Made by a program: the position numbers and the translations under genes. From Cystobasidiomycetes sp. EMM_F5 (lineage: Eukaryota), in assembly GCA_051047955.1 (NCBI GenBank), contig JBPGPT010000011.1:248001-312000 (forward strand): 64,000 bases of DNA. The letters run 5' to 3'. How positions within the stretch are numbered: the stretch's first letter is position 1; each line of letters starts with the position of its first letter. Positions 22,692-36,000 of this stretch are shown in pieces. The notes beneath the pieces were generated by a model. That model was not told the origin of the DNA. It ran no database searches and saw only the letters and a program-made list of their open reading frames with translations.

Positions 22692-25369
22692 ATGTCGCTG
22701 CAGCGGCAGCACTCGCACACCTCTGATCCAGATCTTGAGCGCGAGGATGTCGACTTGACAGAGGTCAGCTTTGAATTCAGATATAGGAAACTCGGTCAGT
22801 CTGCTCGGTGACGTCGAAAGCTGAGACGATATTCCTGAGCAGTACGAGGAGCGTCAGCATGATGGTGCCGGTCGCAACGGCTACGCGAATGGCTCCAGCG
22901 CCAGCTCAATGACCGATACTGCGTTTGGGCACGAGCGAGACGAGCACTGCCGAGTTGCAGCGGCTGCACTGACAAAACTGAAGGAACTGTCGGAATCCTC
23001 AGACTGGAAACGAGTAATCAAGCACAAGCACGGAGTGGACGTCTACATAAAGAAGGGCTTCCTGACCGACGGCAATGGAAAACACAAAAAAGTTCCAATC
23101 TATAAAGGGTATATTACGTCTTGACAGAATATAACCATATATTGACCGGCCTTGTATCCTTAGAGAGAAGCTCATGCAGGGACACACTCCAGAAGCCGTC
23201 TTTGATGTTGCAGGACAAAGAAAGCTTTGGGACGACTGGTGCGTCTGCTTATGACGAGATTGTATTTATAGCTCACCTATCTCGCAGGTATGACACAGGC
23301 AACCTGGTTGCGGATCTTGACGATACTACGTCTTTGACATACATGAACCTGCGCGTTCAGCCTCCTGCTGCTCGGTAAGTAGTCTTGAAGCTGTGATGCT
23401 GCAATATCCCTCATGTCATTCTCCCTACCACAGACCGAGAGATGTAGCGCTCGTGGAACGGGTGGAGGGCGCAGACGAAGGTACCATCTACTTTGTTGCC
23501 AGCTCGGTAGAGTCATCAAAGATACCGCACGTCCATGGGCGAGTACGCGCAAATATGGCACTGCTTGGCCTTGTCCTCAAACCAATACAAATACAAGGCT
23601 CTCTGTCTACTCTGTGTACATACTTTCTTCAAGTCGACGCAGAAGGACTTCTTCCGTCAGCCATGTCGAGCTGGGTAGTGCAGAAACGCCCGTTGTGCAT
23701 CGCCAAGATAGAGGAATACCTTGTCAAGCACCGCACATCCTCCAAAACCCAACCTGTACAAAAGACAGGGACAGAACAAGCACCTGCCTTAGCTGCCGTT
23801 GCTTCACCCCGTCCACCGGGTAACAAGGTCATTCCAACCACATCTGAACATGATGAGCTATCTTCAACCTTACCAACCGGTGTTTCACTAGTGGAATCGC
23901 ATCCGAGTTTTGCGGAAGTCATTTCTGCCAAACGTAAATTCGACCAGATGCTGTCGGACCGAGACTGGCAACGGGCCAAGGACAACGATGGAACGGAAAT
24001 TCTCACCAAAACACAAAGTGACGGCCTACTCATAGCAAGAGGTTCTGCTGTTATTTCAGGAGGCTTTACGACAGAACAAGTGTTAGGAACGCTTGTATCA
24101 GCAACCGCGCGGAAGCAATGGGACGACATGTTTCTCCATAGCGAGCTTGTCGAAAACGTCAACGGTGCGGAGCACGGCGTTTGGCGAGAATCGCAGAAGG
24201 GTATACATCCTCATATTCTGCAGCAAGATCGCAAGATTGTCAGAGCAGTGATTCGGCAAGAAGCTCAATCTGATCACGGACCAATTACCTTGTTGTCTAG
24301 ATCGATTGCTACCGACTCTGAAGCAGGCAGGCTGGATGTCTCTGGCTGGCGACTGCAGCCTGACGAGCACGACAATGTGGTGCTCACACATATCTCCTCC
24401 GCTGCTTTACCAAAGCCGGACACTCCCCCCTTCATTACTCGAGTCATAGCTAGTGCAGAGGCTGTAGCACCCAGTAAATTACAATCACTGATAAATGAGC
24501 ATGGGGTATGTATAAGGCGAACACAGATGCTACCTTGCTGATTCGTCCGTGTGCAGTTTGTTCCCTTCTTTTTACGATGGGGTGCAGGGAAAGCGCAACT
24601 CGATGGCGATGTCGACGGAGTATTGCGCCAAGGTACATTTACGTGGCGCATTAGCAATGATGGAGAGAGTAGCCAGACAGGAGAGCAAGTCGCTTGGTTG
24701 CAGTGGTCGAGCAAGATGTATCGTGAGCTGCGTGTTACGGATAGTATTCAATCTGTGCTGACTGCGCTTGACAGCTGGGGGCTTGACGTTGACAAGCGAG
24801 CCAGAGATACCATTGAAGACTGCAACGGTAGACGGGTCGGAGGACACGCTCCAATTGGTTCTCGACGGCATACCCAGGTCAGGTTTACTTCTGCATGCAC
24901 GAAGGCACGATGGCAAACCAGGCAGTGTAATATACAACGGTTCGCCGGTCACGGATAGTATATCAGCGCCCAAGGGAGCCGCTGCGCAGCGAAAAGTCGC
25001 GAAGCCAGCGCGACCTTTGGTAGCTACACAATCTAATACAACGGGAGACGCACCCTCCGCAAGAGATCCGGATCAAAATGTTCGCTCGCCAATGTCGCCA
25101 TCAGCAGAGAAGCTCAGCGCTGTGCGGGACTCTGCGAAGAGCGTAGCAACGGAATTGATTACCGTACATCATCCACCTAAGCTCGATGATGGCAGACGTG
25201 CGCTGCCTGACGATGCGATGCTAATTCTGACAAAAGATCTCTATTTGTGAGTCTACAGTGTCCAGAGTAGTTCTGTCACTGACCCTATCGTTGGAACAGC
25301 ACCCGTGCGCAGATGGCTGTCATATCGGCTCTATTGGTAATTGTATACTCATTAGCGAGATTTACGTAA
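22692..25369 (+). CDS. Tandem START/SRPBCC-domain lipid-binding protein with C-terminal hydrophobic tail
   Basis: DWKRV..GVDVY, WDDW, RPRDVALVE, GRVRA, TYFLQVD in domain 1; DWQR, RKQWDDMF, SGWRL in domain 2; last exon MAVISALLVIVYSLARFT*. Confidence 0.75.
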
Positions 25370-25709
25370 TAGGTAATGAACGATAGATAATGTCCAGTAG
25401 TATGCGGACGTGTCTCATAAGCATATCTTCTTCTGGTCTACATGAGCAGTAGAAGCAATACACTGCAGCGCCGAGCATATTCCACGGCGACTTGCTCCGC
25501 GCCTTGCATTTTGGATCCAAGAGCTGTAGTGCGTACCCTGTCAAGGTTGATGATTGCCATCTGGAGATGTATAGGCTTCTCCACGGCTTCGCAGAAGTTG
25601 CCCGTTGCGGCCAGTATCGATGCACGTCTCAGACTCCGCTAGGTGGCAGCTAAGCAGCTTGTTGTGAAGTCTCGCATTGCGACGTAATTCCTTGCCAGGC
25701 AGGACAAGA

Positions 25710-26342
25710 TCAAGTTGGCATAGCGTCGTCTTTGCTGCCTAAAATATCGGACAATCCGGTGTCGACGGGTATTTGCTGGGTGCTTTCCCAAGGCTTCCTC
25801 GCAGCATGAGCAGAACCTGCGACTATAGGCGCAGTGGGCGTCGATTCGTTGAGCTTGTTGGGAATCTCGCGAATCCCAGGAATGGGTGTTCCTGTCGCTA
25901 TCATTTCTGCAAGTTGCTCGAAAGTGACAGGATATTGCGGCTCATCTTGCGCTTGCTCTCCTTGTGACGCGAGCACAATTGTGTCTGCGTCCTTCGCATC
26001 TTTGGAAGTCGTGTCGCTGTATTGTATTTCGGAGCTGTAGTTCAAGCTGTTAACGATGACGCTTGTATCGAGAGGATGGCATCAAGCTGACCCAGATTCA
26101 ATAGACTGCTCATTGGGCTTTGTGGACGGCTGATGCTGCTGCTTTCGAGCCAAAAAGAATTCTCTTGCACGTCGCGCGACGACGTCCAGCTCAGCCTGAC
26201 TTGCTCCACCTTGTCGCATCGGACCAAGGATACTCTCGAGACCGCGCTGGTTTGCATCGTGTCAATACTCGAATCTTGAATCCCTAATGCTCTATGGCCG
26301 ACTGACCAGAAATTCTGCATCGTCATTGACTTCAGCTGACAT
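25710..26342 (-). CDS. PEX39: PEX39 (DUF5572/C6orf226)-like peroxin
   Basis: Spliced DDAEFLRGLESILG..RAREFFLARK (PEX14-like HTH), YPVTFEQLAEMIATGTPIPGIREIP and RKPWE motif. Confidence 0.8.
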
Positions 26343-26573
26343 GGTTGGCGCGTTAGCCAACCAGCGGACATTCAAAACGCAGCCAGGTCAATATTGGTTC
26401 GCGAAGAAACTGCAAGTGCATTCACGACATGCTCATAGACACGGGGCTGGTCATGCCGCAACGCGCGGAATACACCATACTATCATGAAACCGACTGCGA
26501 CGAAAATATACGAAAATGTCCCTGTAATGTCTACATAAAGCTGAATTCAGCAGAAATCAAGTGACACCCACTT

Positions 26574-28085
26574 TTAATGCTTTAATCGAGCAGGGCAGCG
26601 ACCTGTTGCTGATCCTGTTGGGGTCGAGGAGGTCTTGGAGGTGGACGTTGAGGAACGCGATGTGGTAGTCGTTTCGCGAGTCAGCGTAGTAGAGCCTGTA
26701 GGCTTGGTACAAGCAGATCCTGCAGCGTCGGCGTTTGAGAGGTATTTGAGAGCATCAGAATTGAGCGTTTTGTCGGTCGTGGATATCAGGCGGAAATCCT
26801 CCTGCTTCGTGATTGTATTGCCAGTGGCATTTTCATCCTTGATGACCTCAAACCAGGTGATAGCCTTGAGGGACGTAACGGAGCGCAGAATGTCGCAGCT
26901 AAGGAGCTGACGAAGCCATTCCATCTTGATATCATGTTCGCTAGCTCCGCCCGACTCTGGTTTGCCAGTCTGAAGAATCGTGGTCTGCAAAGGCGGAGAC
27001 AGGACAACATCAGCATTCGGCATCACAAGGCAAAAGGCAAGCAAGAACAACCGACGCACGTAAGAAGCTCCGGTTTCTGACAGTATCATTGGAAGTCCTT
27101 GACCGGAAGCATACAGCTTGTCGAACTGGGTAATCTTGTCGAAGGCTTCATGGTACGCCGGCATGATGTTCTGTCTTTCCTGACCTCCATAGTGATAGAA
27201 GGAGATGCCAACCATGTCGACATACTGCTTGCCTGGCCAGTACTGCGTGTAGCCTCCATGAGGGTCATCCAGACTCTGACCGAAGTAGCTGTTGGGCGAC
27301 CAGTTCATGTAGGTTTTGGGTGCTTTGGCGTGTATAGAGGTGTACATCATCCTCCATGACGCAATGAAGGCAGACGGTTTGCCTCCCCACGCATACCTGT
27401 AGGACATTAACAGATTGGTTAGTTGTTACAATATGGTAAAGCACAAGGGGAGCCAAGGTACCAATCTCCGTTCATCTCATGTGCATAGCGTAACCAAACA
27501 GTCAAGCCACGCGAGTTAATCTCAGCAAATTTGGCCGCAAGCCGGTCAGCCTGTCGAGGATAAACGTGGTCAGGTTGAGCGTGTCAGAGTGTGCGCGGTA
27601 GGAGCTCCTTACGACTTGCTGGGTCACCGAAGCAAGACCTTGCGTTGGCATAAGAGCCAACTGAAGGACAGGCTTGCCAGGCTGCTTCAGGACTTCCTTG
27701 ACATAAGTTTCCTGTCGGCGAATTTAGCATCGTCAGTAAAACATAGCTTCGACCAGCAACGAGTATCACTCACAATCTGTGCGAAGGTTGTATCACTAGG
27801 ATCGATTTGGGCGTAAGCTCCGATCTGAGTACAAATACCCGAATTTAAGCGTGCCGCGGTGAACCAAGGGTTCAGAAGAACAAGACGTACCACGCCCATA
27901 GGTTTCGGCAGAAGTGCGTTTATGGAGCTTGCAGTGCTAGGACTTTTCGCTTCTCCCCAGCCGGGAATAAAGCCAACGCTCATTTGACCATAATGAAGGC
28001 CATCCGGATTGAGACCCAAGTCCGAGGAGAGAGCTGTTGCATATTTGAGGGCAGCAAGCAAGGCGACAATGTGTACGGGACGCAT
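26574..28085 (-). CDS. Secreted glycoside hydrolase family 26, copy 1, Ser/Thr-rich tail
   Basis: Signal peptide; VWLRYAHEMNGDW (acid/base Glu), WSPN, YWPG..YVDMVG, ILSETGA (nucleophile), WFEVIK. Confidence 0.88.
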
Positions 28086-28577
28086 GGTCAACCGCATCAG
28101 AGTAGGACAGCTGATACGCTGGAATGGCTTGACGAGTGTGTCCACCCCAAACAGGCGGGACGGCTAGATATTCAATGAGAGTGGGCAAGCAGTGAGCGTG
28201 TAATGTGGAGAAGTAAGTGAATGTGCATCAGTCCGTGTGAATGGAGGTGTAAAAGTTCAGCAATGCCACATCGTCGCCAGCAATGGCCGAGGATGGTTGC
28301 CGTCCTCGAGCCGGACCATTGTTGGCCGAGCTAACGGTCAGCAGGGTCTGTGTTTGGTTGGTCACTTTCTTCAGATATGCCACTTCAGAAAGTCCATGAC
28401 TCTGTCCGTTCTGGCTTGTTCCTGCTACTGTGAGGTCGGCGACGGTAAAAGGTCGGTGGTCAGAAAACTTTCTCCGCACGATAGGTGTCCGAGCGCTGCA
28501 ACCGTCAACAAGCAGACGTAGTCTCAATGAATGATTGTACACTTTCAGTACACCCAACACTACAGACTATAACGAGA

Positions 28578-30113
28578 CTACGAACATGCGGTGCCCGGCA
28601 TCTTTGCAAGCATTGCGAAAGCGCCTGGCACGACGGTACTTCCCAGGAATGCAGCTGCGTCACGAATAAGTGTGGTGTTGGTAGAGCTGATTATTCTGAA
28701 ATCTTCATTCTTGATTTCCTGTGAAAATCGCAAGATCAGCCTCCTTTCTTCAACGCATAACTCGGTACACTTGAACTGACTGTGTTGCCTGCGGCAGTCT
28801 CGTCCTTGATAACTTCAAACCAAGTTATTGCTTTCAGCAATGGCAATTGCTTCAAAGTCTGGCAGCTGAGCAGCTGATACAGCCACTGCTTCTTGATGTC
28901 GTACTCGCGTGCACCGCCAGACTCAGGCAGTCCTGTTTGCAGAATAGTGGTCTACCCGCAAAGTCCTCATCAGCCATGTCACGACAAAGAATACTTATCC
29001 ATCTTTACGTACGTATGATGCAGCAGTTTCCGAAAGGATCATAGGTAGACCCATCCCGCCGGAACCGTAGATGCCGTCAAATTGCTTCATCGTGCCAAGC
29101 GCTTCACCAGGATCTGGAAGGACGTTGGAGCGGTATTGTCCGCCGAAATGGTACCTATACATTGCGGGAATCAGACTGAGCCTCCTCTGTCAGGCATCGG
29201 TCCCGTTCAAGCACTTACCAGCTGAGACCGACCATGTCTACGTATTCCTTCCCTGGGAAATACATGGTGTATCCCTTTTTGTCGTCTACCGAGTCGCCGA
29301 GCAGACTGTTGGGCGACCAATTCATGTACGTTTGTGGTGCTTTTGCTCGGATGGCGGTGGTGAGCATTCTCCACGTCGAGATGAAGGCATCGGCTTGCCG
29401 TCCCCACACGTACCTGTTGATGGCCATATATCAACAGATGGTTCAAAGGAGAAACTGCCCATGGTACTGACCAGTCGCCGTTCATCTCGTGCGCATATCG
29501 GACCCAGACTGTGAGTCCCTTTGCATTGATCTGTGCAAATTTATTCGCGATCCTGTCGCACTACGTTATGTATGAGGTCAGCAAAGCTCTCTGAGCAGCC
29601 GACCAGGCTGTGGGTGAGACGTACGACTGCCTGTGTGATGTTGCCTAGGCCTTCGTCCGGCATCAAAGCCAATTGTAGAATTGGTTTTCCAGGTTGCGCC
29701 AGCGTAGCTTCTACAAAGTTGTCCTGCAAGATTGTACCATTGACGGATCAGCGAATGCCAGCTGCAGTAGCGTGCGGATTGACTTGCCAGCTGTGTCATA
29801 TTGGGGTCGCTTGCTTTGATTTGAGCGTACGCTCCGACCTGGTTCACAGGATTACGTATGGGTCAGACTTGATGAGTGGTGACATACAATTGTGTAGACT
29901 AACCAACGCCATGGGTTTCGGGAGCACGGCGTTCAATGTGCTTGGTGTACTGGGATACATTGGCTCTCCCCAGCCGGGAATGAACCCAACGGCTACACCT
30001 CCGTACGTCAAGGCATTGGGATTGAGCCCCAAGTTTGCAGGCGCTGCATTTGCGACTTGTCCCACGCATGCGCACACTGCGAGCAGTGGCATCAAGCGAG
30101 ACATTGCTGGCAT
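28578..30113 (-). CDS. Secreted glycoside hydrolase family 26, copy 2
   Basis: Signal peptide; VWVRYAHEMNGDW, WSPN, YFPG..YVDMVG, ILSETAA, WFEVIK; exon layout parallels copy 1. Confidence 0.88.
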
Positions 30114-30603
30114 GATACAGGTCAGATTGCCTTGATTCTTCAGAGTATATCAGGTTTAGCGGTGAACAGCGGAATAGATAGTTAAGTGGACAGGTCACAG
30201 TCCAGCTATCGTTACATGCACCTCGGCATGGCGATTCAATTATTTATTTATGTTTGCGATGATTTGTTTTGGATTCCTGAGGTCGGGGAATGTCGCAGCC
30301 TGCATTTCTCGACAAGAAAGGCTTGGAGAAGGAAGTGAGCTTGCTTGTCGACGTCAACACGAGCAATGATGCGTAGCAAAAGTCAGCCATGTCAGCAACT
30401 TCAGCGCAGATGTCGCATTTGGACAAGTCGCAGAGGGTCTGAGCGGCACCCGCCGTCCGTTTGCAGAGTCAGACGCAACACCGTCAAGGGCAGCAATGCC
30501 ATCAAAGCAGTTCCAAAGCGCCAGCCGCTGTCCATACTTTCTACACACTGATTGCTGATGCTCTTACTGCTGCCGTGCCCGCTGATGTGATTGTCTCTTC
30601 TCG

Positions 30604-32629
30604 ATGGCTCCTCCAGCTGAGGCTGTCGGCGTCGCGTCCAGGCAGAGCTTGACAATCGATATTGATTCCAGCAGCGATACTGAGTACAGTGGTACAGAAC
30701 TGGCGACCTCCAATACCGCAGTACAAGTCGCGTCCCCGGCATCATGGCGAGGCAAAGGCAGGGCTGCCGAAATAAACATGCGAAATGAGGGGATCATCGA
30801 AGTCTCGGATGGAGAAGATAGCGACGCAGTGGACGCGAGCACACCTCCACCACCTTCACGTTATCAACCCGGAAGATCGTCTCATGAGACCGACCGAGCT
30901 GGGCGGATCGCTGGGCACGCTATCGATTTAGACGATAGCGATCAAGATAGTGTCGACGAAGAGACTCCTCCTCCACCAAGTCGCTCTCAAGCACTACCAT
31001 CAGGCTTTGCAAGTACTGCTGGCATAAACTTTGCAGCCTCGATGAAGATGCAGAAGAAGGAGCATGACCAGTCGGAAAAAGTTAACAAGAGAAAGTATCG
31101 TGACTCCGACGAGGACGATGAAGCTGTTGCGAGGCGATTACATTACGAGATAAATCGCTTCGATGTACAAGAATACACTTCTGGCCCATTACGCGGCGGT
31201 GGAGACGGGAAACATGATAGAAGATGCGATTCTGGCTACGGCTACGCTACGGACGAAAATTATATTCCGATTGCGTCAAGCAGCAAGATAGTCGACGGCG
31301 ACACTGCGGATGAAGATCTTACAGACTCTCAGCTGGCCAGACAGTTGTACGAAGAGGAGCAGAAACAGGAGCGCGAAAGGAAAGCTCAAGCGGAGACAGA
31401 CAGCCTTTATGCACAGACCGTTTACCACGACGAACAGTTGGCAGAGAGAAGAGAACGGGAGCGTCGCCCAGAGATCGGACGAGATGCTACTGAATCGAAG
31501 ATTGCATTCAAGGTTGTAATGAATGCCAATGGCGAGACAATCTCGGGCGACCCCGATGCAGATAACGCAGCGCAGTACGTTCTGAGCAGGCCTCACTACC
31601 TTTGATGAGGCATTTATCCGTGTTCGTGCAGTCTGGAGCTGGTGAAGCGGGACTTCGCAAGGACACTCGACAAGCGGATGCAAATTGTCAGTGGTGCGCG
31701 CAAATCCTGGACAATGGACACGATTCTCCTGTTAACGGTGAAACTCAATCAGTGACCTACTTTGTCAATTTTGAATTGAATCGCCGCTTCGAAGCAGCCA
31801 AAGATGCGCTAGCGGTCTTGGGGCGGGACAATACTGAAAGGACGTGAGTTGTGAATTCACACAACAGCAAGCCATACGATGACACTGCCGCCCAATTTTA
31901 GCTTGTTCCATGGCACAAATGACGCCAATATCGAATCCATCCTCAATGTCAGTCTCTTGCCCTCTCTTCTCTTCTTGTACGCTTGCTCACAATCTCGCCC
32001 TCAGGACGGATTTTGGGTGGGCGGCGTCAACGGAGCGCCGGTAGTCAACGGCACGTATGTCGCTTGACCAACCTAAGGATGGCTTGCAACAGGAAGACTG
32101 AGTTACCGTAAATGCAATGCTAGCGCATGCGGCCTTGGAGTCTACCTTGCTGTGGATCCGTCCATCTCCCAAAAATGTGCGTGATACAATCTATAAGCCG
32201 TAACTCAACTGACAATACGAACAGATTGTTCCACTCTCAAGATGTTTGCATGTAGGGCTGTTACGGGCTTGACTTCACCGAGAGGTAGGAGATAAATGCA
32301 GGCTACGGATGGTCATGCTGATTGACACTGACGCTCGCAGCTCAACGCGAAGTGCCAAAGCCCGTAGGGCAAAATGCCTTTGACGCGTATGAGGTTGGCA
32401 ACGTTGTTGTTGTGCGACATCCTGACCAAGTTGTGCCGAGGTATCTAGTAGAATTCGCTCATCCTCAGTGCAAGTTTGCTTACGCTCCCTTATGCGCGTC
32501 ATATACTATGATTGGCGCCTTTTCCGCTGACAATATCATCCAGTCAAACCGAATCTGAAAACGGCGGCAACTTCCTCCTCCTCGAGACCGGTGTCTCGCC
32601 CGTCGAAACGGCGGCGAGCAAGACGGTGA
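30604..32629 (+). CDS. PARP/ART-fold protein with acidic N-terminus, two MIU/UIM-like helices and a C-terminal basic tail
   Basis: Spliced LFHGTNDANIESIL..GF, GLGVYLA, MFACRAVTG, VVVVRHPDQVVPRYLVEF; DDEAVARRL and DSQLARQLYEEE; a GC-AG last intron (32470-32543) gives RPSKRRRARR*. Confidence 0.8.
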
Positions 32630-33013
32630 GGACAAATATGTCATACAAGGAGGCACTTCCAAACTGCACTTTCGGAATCGATGAGCTCAAGGAAGCCAGA
32701 AGCGACAGAGATGCTTTTATGCCAGCTTCAAGGCGGACACAGCTTTTCGGTTTTTCTCGTGATGAAGTCCATTAGTTCCTTCTTCTGCTGCCTACTGTAA
32801 CTATAGCGGATGCGACTGCCTCTGAAATGCTCTTCATGCTCTCTTTATTCTCGCCACAAACACGGCTTGAGCGCGCCTCAGGGCGAGAACGGCTTTGGGT
32901 CATGACCAAATGATGCGAGCATGAGCCTGACGCTGGAATATATGAATATTGCTGGAATCTGAGCTGCACAGGGTATAAGAGCGCTGCTAGTAGTACTGCC
33001 TAATTCAAGAGTA

Positions 33014-36000
33014 ATGCTGGCAGCTCCAGCCAAGCCGAGCATGGCATTTGGGGGCGTAGCAGCAGAGAACGATGTAAACGACGGCAGCAGAGCACCCACA
33101 ATGGCCGTTCTAGCGGCACACGACGACGCAAACAAGGAAAACGAAGTGTCAGCCGCCGAAGGGCTGGTCGTTCGGCCTGAAAGCCTGTCGCTACGCAGTC
33201 CGCTCGAGAATCTGACGCGCAAACTGAGTTTCGGCAAAGGCCATCCGTCTAGAAAGCTCAATGGACGTGCTGCGACTCCGATGGCGTTCGTGTCGGCTAC
33301 GCCTCGCAAAGGCAGTCTGGAAATCATGCGTGATGGCGCGACGAGAGATCAAGACAAATCACAACAATCTGGGCAGGTTTATACGGAATATACACCTGCG
33401 CACAAGCCGTCACCTTTGCAATTGCGTATACACCAGGGACAGAAACTTGGTACTGGTTCAGGCCCGACTCACAATGACGCAGCAAGTCCCGAACTCTCCT
33501 CAGAATCGCATGGGGAGCCCGTGCGCTTCTCGCGGCACGACGAACCGCACTCATTCCGAGCCTTGAAGCAATCAAGAAATGGCAGTGCAGACAGTCACGA
33601 TGACGACACAGTTTCGGACGCGCACTCGCAGCTCATCAGCGCATTTCGAAATAGCTATGCAGACTATCTCGACTCGGCGGGCCGCAGAGAGTCATCCTAC
33701 TCGTGGATGGCAGGTGATGAAGGTCTAGACAGTCCGGAAGATACTCTTGATTTCGCTCAGGCGGCAATGAACGCTGCGGCGGGTGCATACACGGGGCAAT
33801 CGAAAGTCGGTCAGAGTGGTCTATCGTCTTTCGATGCGCAGTATGGCGAAGATAGGAGGGCACAGACTACGCTCAGTACGGCCACTGCCATTACTTCTGC
33901 TTCGGAGTGGGAAAACGAGGAGCTGGCGGCCCGAGCGCAAGCTCGTAGATCTAGTTGGGACAGCATGGAGGAGCATGCAATGGCAAATCTGCGTAGAATA
34001 CCGAGTACGGCGCAGAATTCTACCTTGAGGAAGGGACAGCCTGCACCGGCGGATCAAGGAAGAGAAAGCGCAATGAGCACCACCGACCCCTTTGCATACG
34101 AAGTGAGCCTTTCACTTTTTTAGAATCTGGCTGCTCATGCTTTCTAACTTGCTGCGCTAGTCGTATGAGACAGCAGAGCCGATACGGTCAAGTCAGATTT
34201 CTACATCTGCACGGCCTGGGCCACCTGCGGAAAAGCACATCGAGCAGAATGAGCACTTATCGAAAGGGAGTCCAGCCATCAGCGCAACTCACCCCTCACC
34301 CAACGTGCAGTATGCAGAAGTGGCAACGATCACACCGAGTACTACCGACATGTCAACTTCTCCAAATATACACGTCTTCCCCTTGACTCCGCAAAGCGAG
34401 TACGGCGCGCATGCGGGCGTGGCCAGCTACTATTTCGCCGAAGGCGCACAAATGCCAATGAATGAGCATGAGAATGCTAACAGAGCAAAGTCGCAAGTAT
34501 CAGCAATCAACTATAGCAGACCATGGTTACCCCAATCGTCAGATTCTGCAATCCCATCCATAAACTCGGAAGCTACCTCCACAAGTGATTTATCAGGCGC
34601 TATTGGTCATCTGCAACCTCCTCTGGCATCGACTTCGCGCCATATCCAGCAGACTCTGTATTCGCCACAAACACCTCAGGGGAGTCCACGACAAATTCCT
34701 TATCTGACGCCAGATGTATCACCTGATACTTCTGCAATTGCAGTATCGCAGCAGACGGACACGGCGCCATTCTCTGGCGTAGTACCCAAAGGACTGCATC
34801 CTGCGCCTTTTCGCTCCTTTTCGTCCGAACACAGAACGCATGGTGTGCAGGGTCTTGCTATCACGCACTCTCCGCAGCTGCAGCATGCGCACTCGTACTC
34901 CCATGCCACTGATAGCATGAGAAGTCAAGATGGCTTCGCAACAGACAAGCGAACGCAGCATTCTAGGTCTGCAAGCTCAGTGATGACGAGTGCTATTTCC
35001 AAGCATCGTGCCCAACGCAAAGCGGCCGGACTGACGACTGAAGGGCAGTACTATGTCGACCCAAAAACTGGCAAGCACTATTTCGTAGCTGCTTCAGGCA
35101 GTCGTATCAAGGGCAAAGAGCGAGAAACAGAACCAAGCCACAGATCCCGGACAGACGAGAAGAAGCCTGGCAAAGAGCGCGAAAGACGGAAACTGCATAA
35201 AAAGGAACCGACGTGGGTAGCAAGCAATATTCGCCCGATATCTATCGTTCCTCCGTCGGATCTTGCACCGCTCACGCCTGAACAGCAACAAGGCTCCTTC
35301 AGCTTGTTTTCTCAGCCGATGATTCACGATGTGAGCAGTAGCAACCTTTATGCAAGCGCTTCCGGACAGGGAGAAGTACCGCCGCACTGGAAGGCGTGGA
35401 ATGGATCTCCCGTTACTAGTGCTTTTGATAGTCAGCCTGGCACGCGTCAAGGTTCACCTTCGTGGACACAACCTGGGCAGCAGACCTACCAAACGAATAA
35501 CATGTCGCCGGGAGATTTTTCGCAGGAGTGGATCAACATTCCTACGCCTGGCGGGTCTCCAGTCGCCTACCAGCGCCAGAACCGTGAAGTGTCCGATTCG
35601 CCAAAGGGCCCATCGCTCTACCCGCAATCTTCGCCTTTTCAGACGCTCACCCCGGCCACTGCCTCTCCGTCGGCCAGACAGACGCATACGCCTGGTGAGC
35701 ATGGGTCGCAAAGGCGAGCATCAGTCTATTCCCAATATTCCTACTATGGCGAAATGTCGGTTTCGCCAGTGCACTCAACTACAACTTCCCCGCTTCCTGC
35801 TGAGAAGGCAGATGCGTCGCGGACGAATCAACCCACTCTCAAGTCAGAAGTGGGGCGGCCGCGAACAAATACGGAAAGCAGTGCAGAACACAGCAGTGGG
35901 AATTCGCACCAAGCCGCCGGTCTTCCTGAAATTGCACTCCATCGAACAGATACCACGCTCACTAAAGTGTCTCGGCACGCTTCTCTTCAACTTTTAGCAA

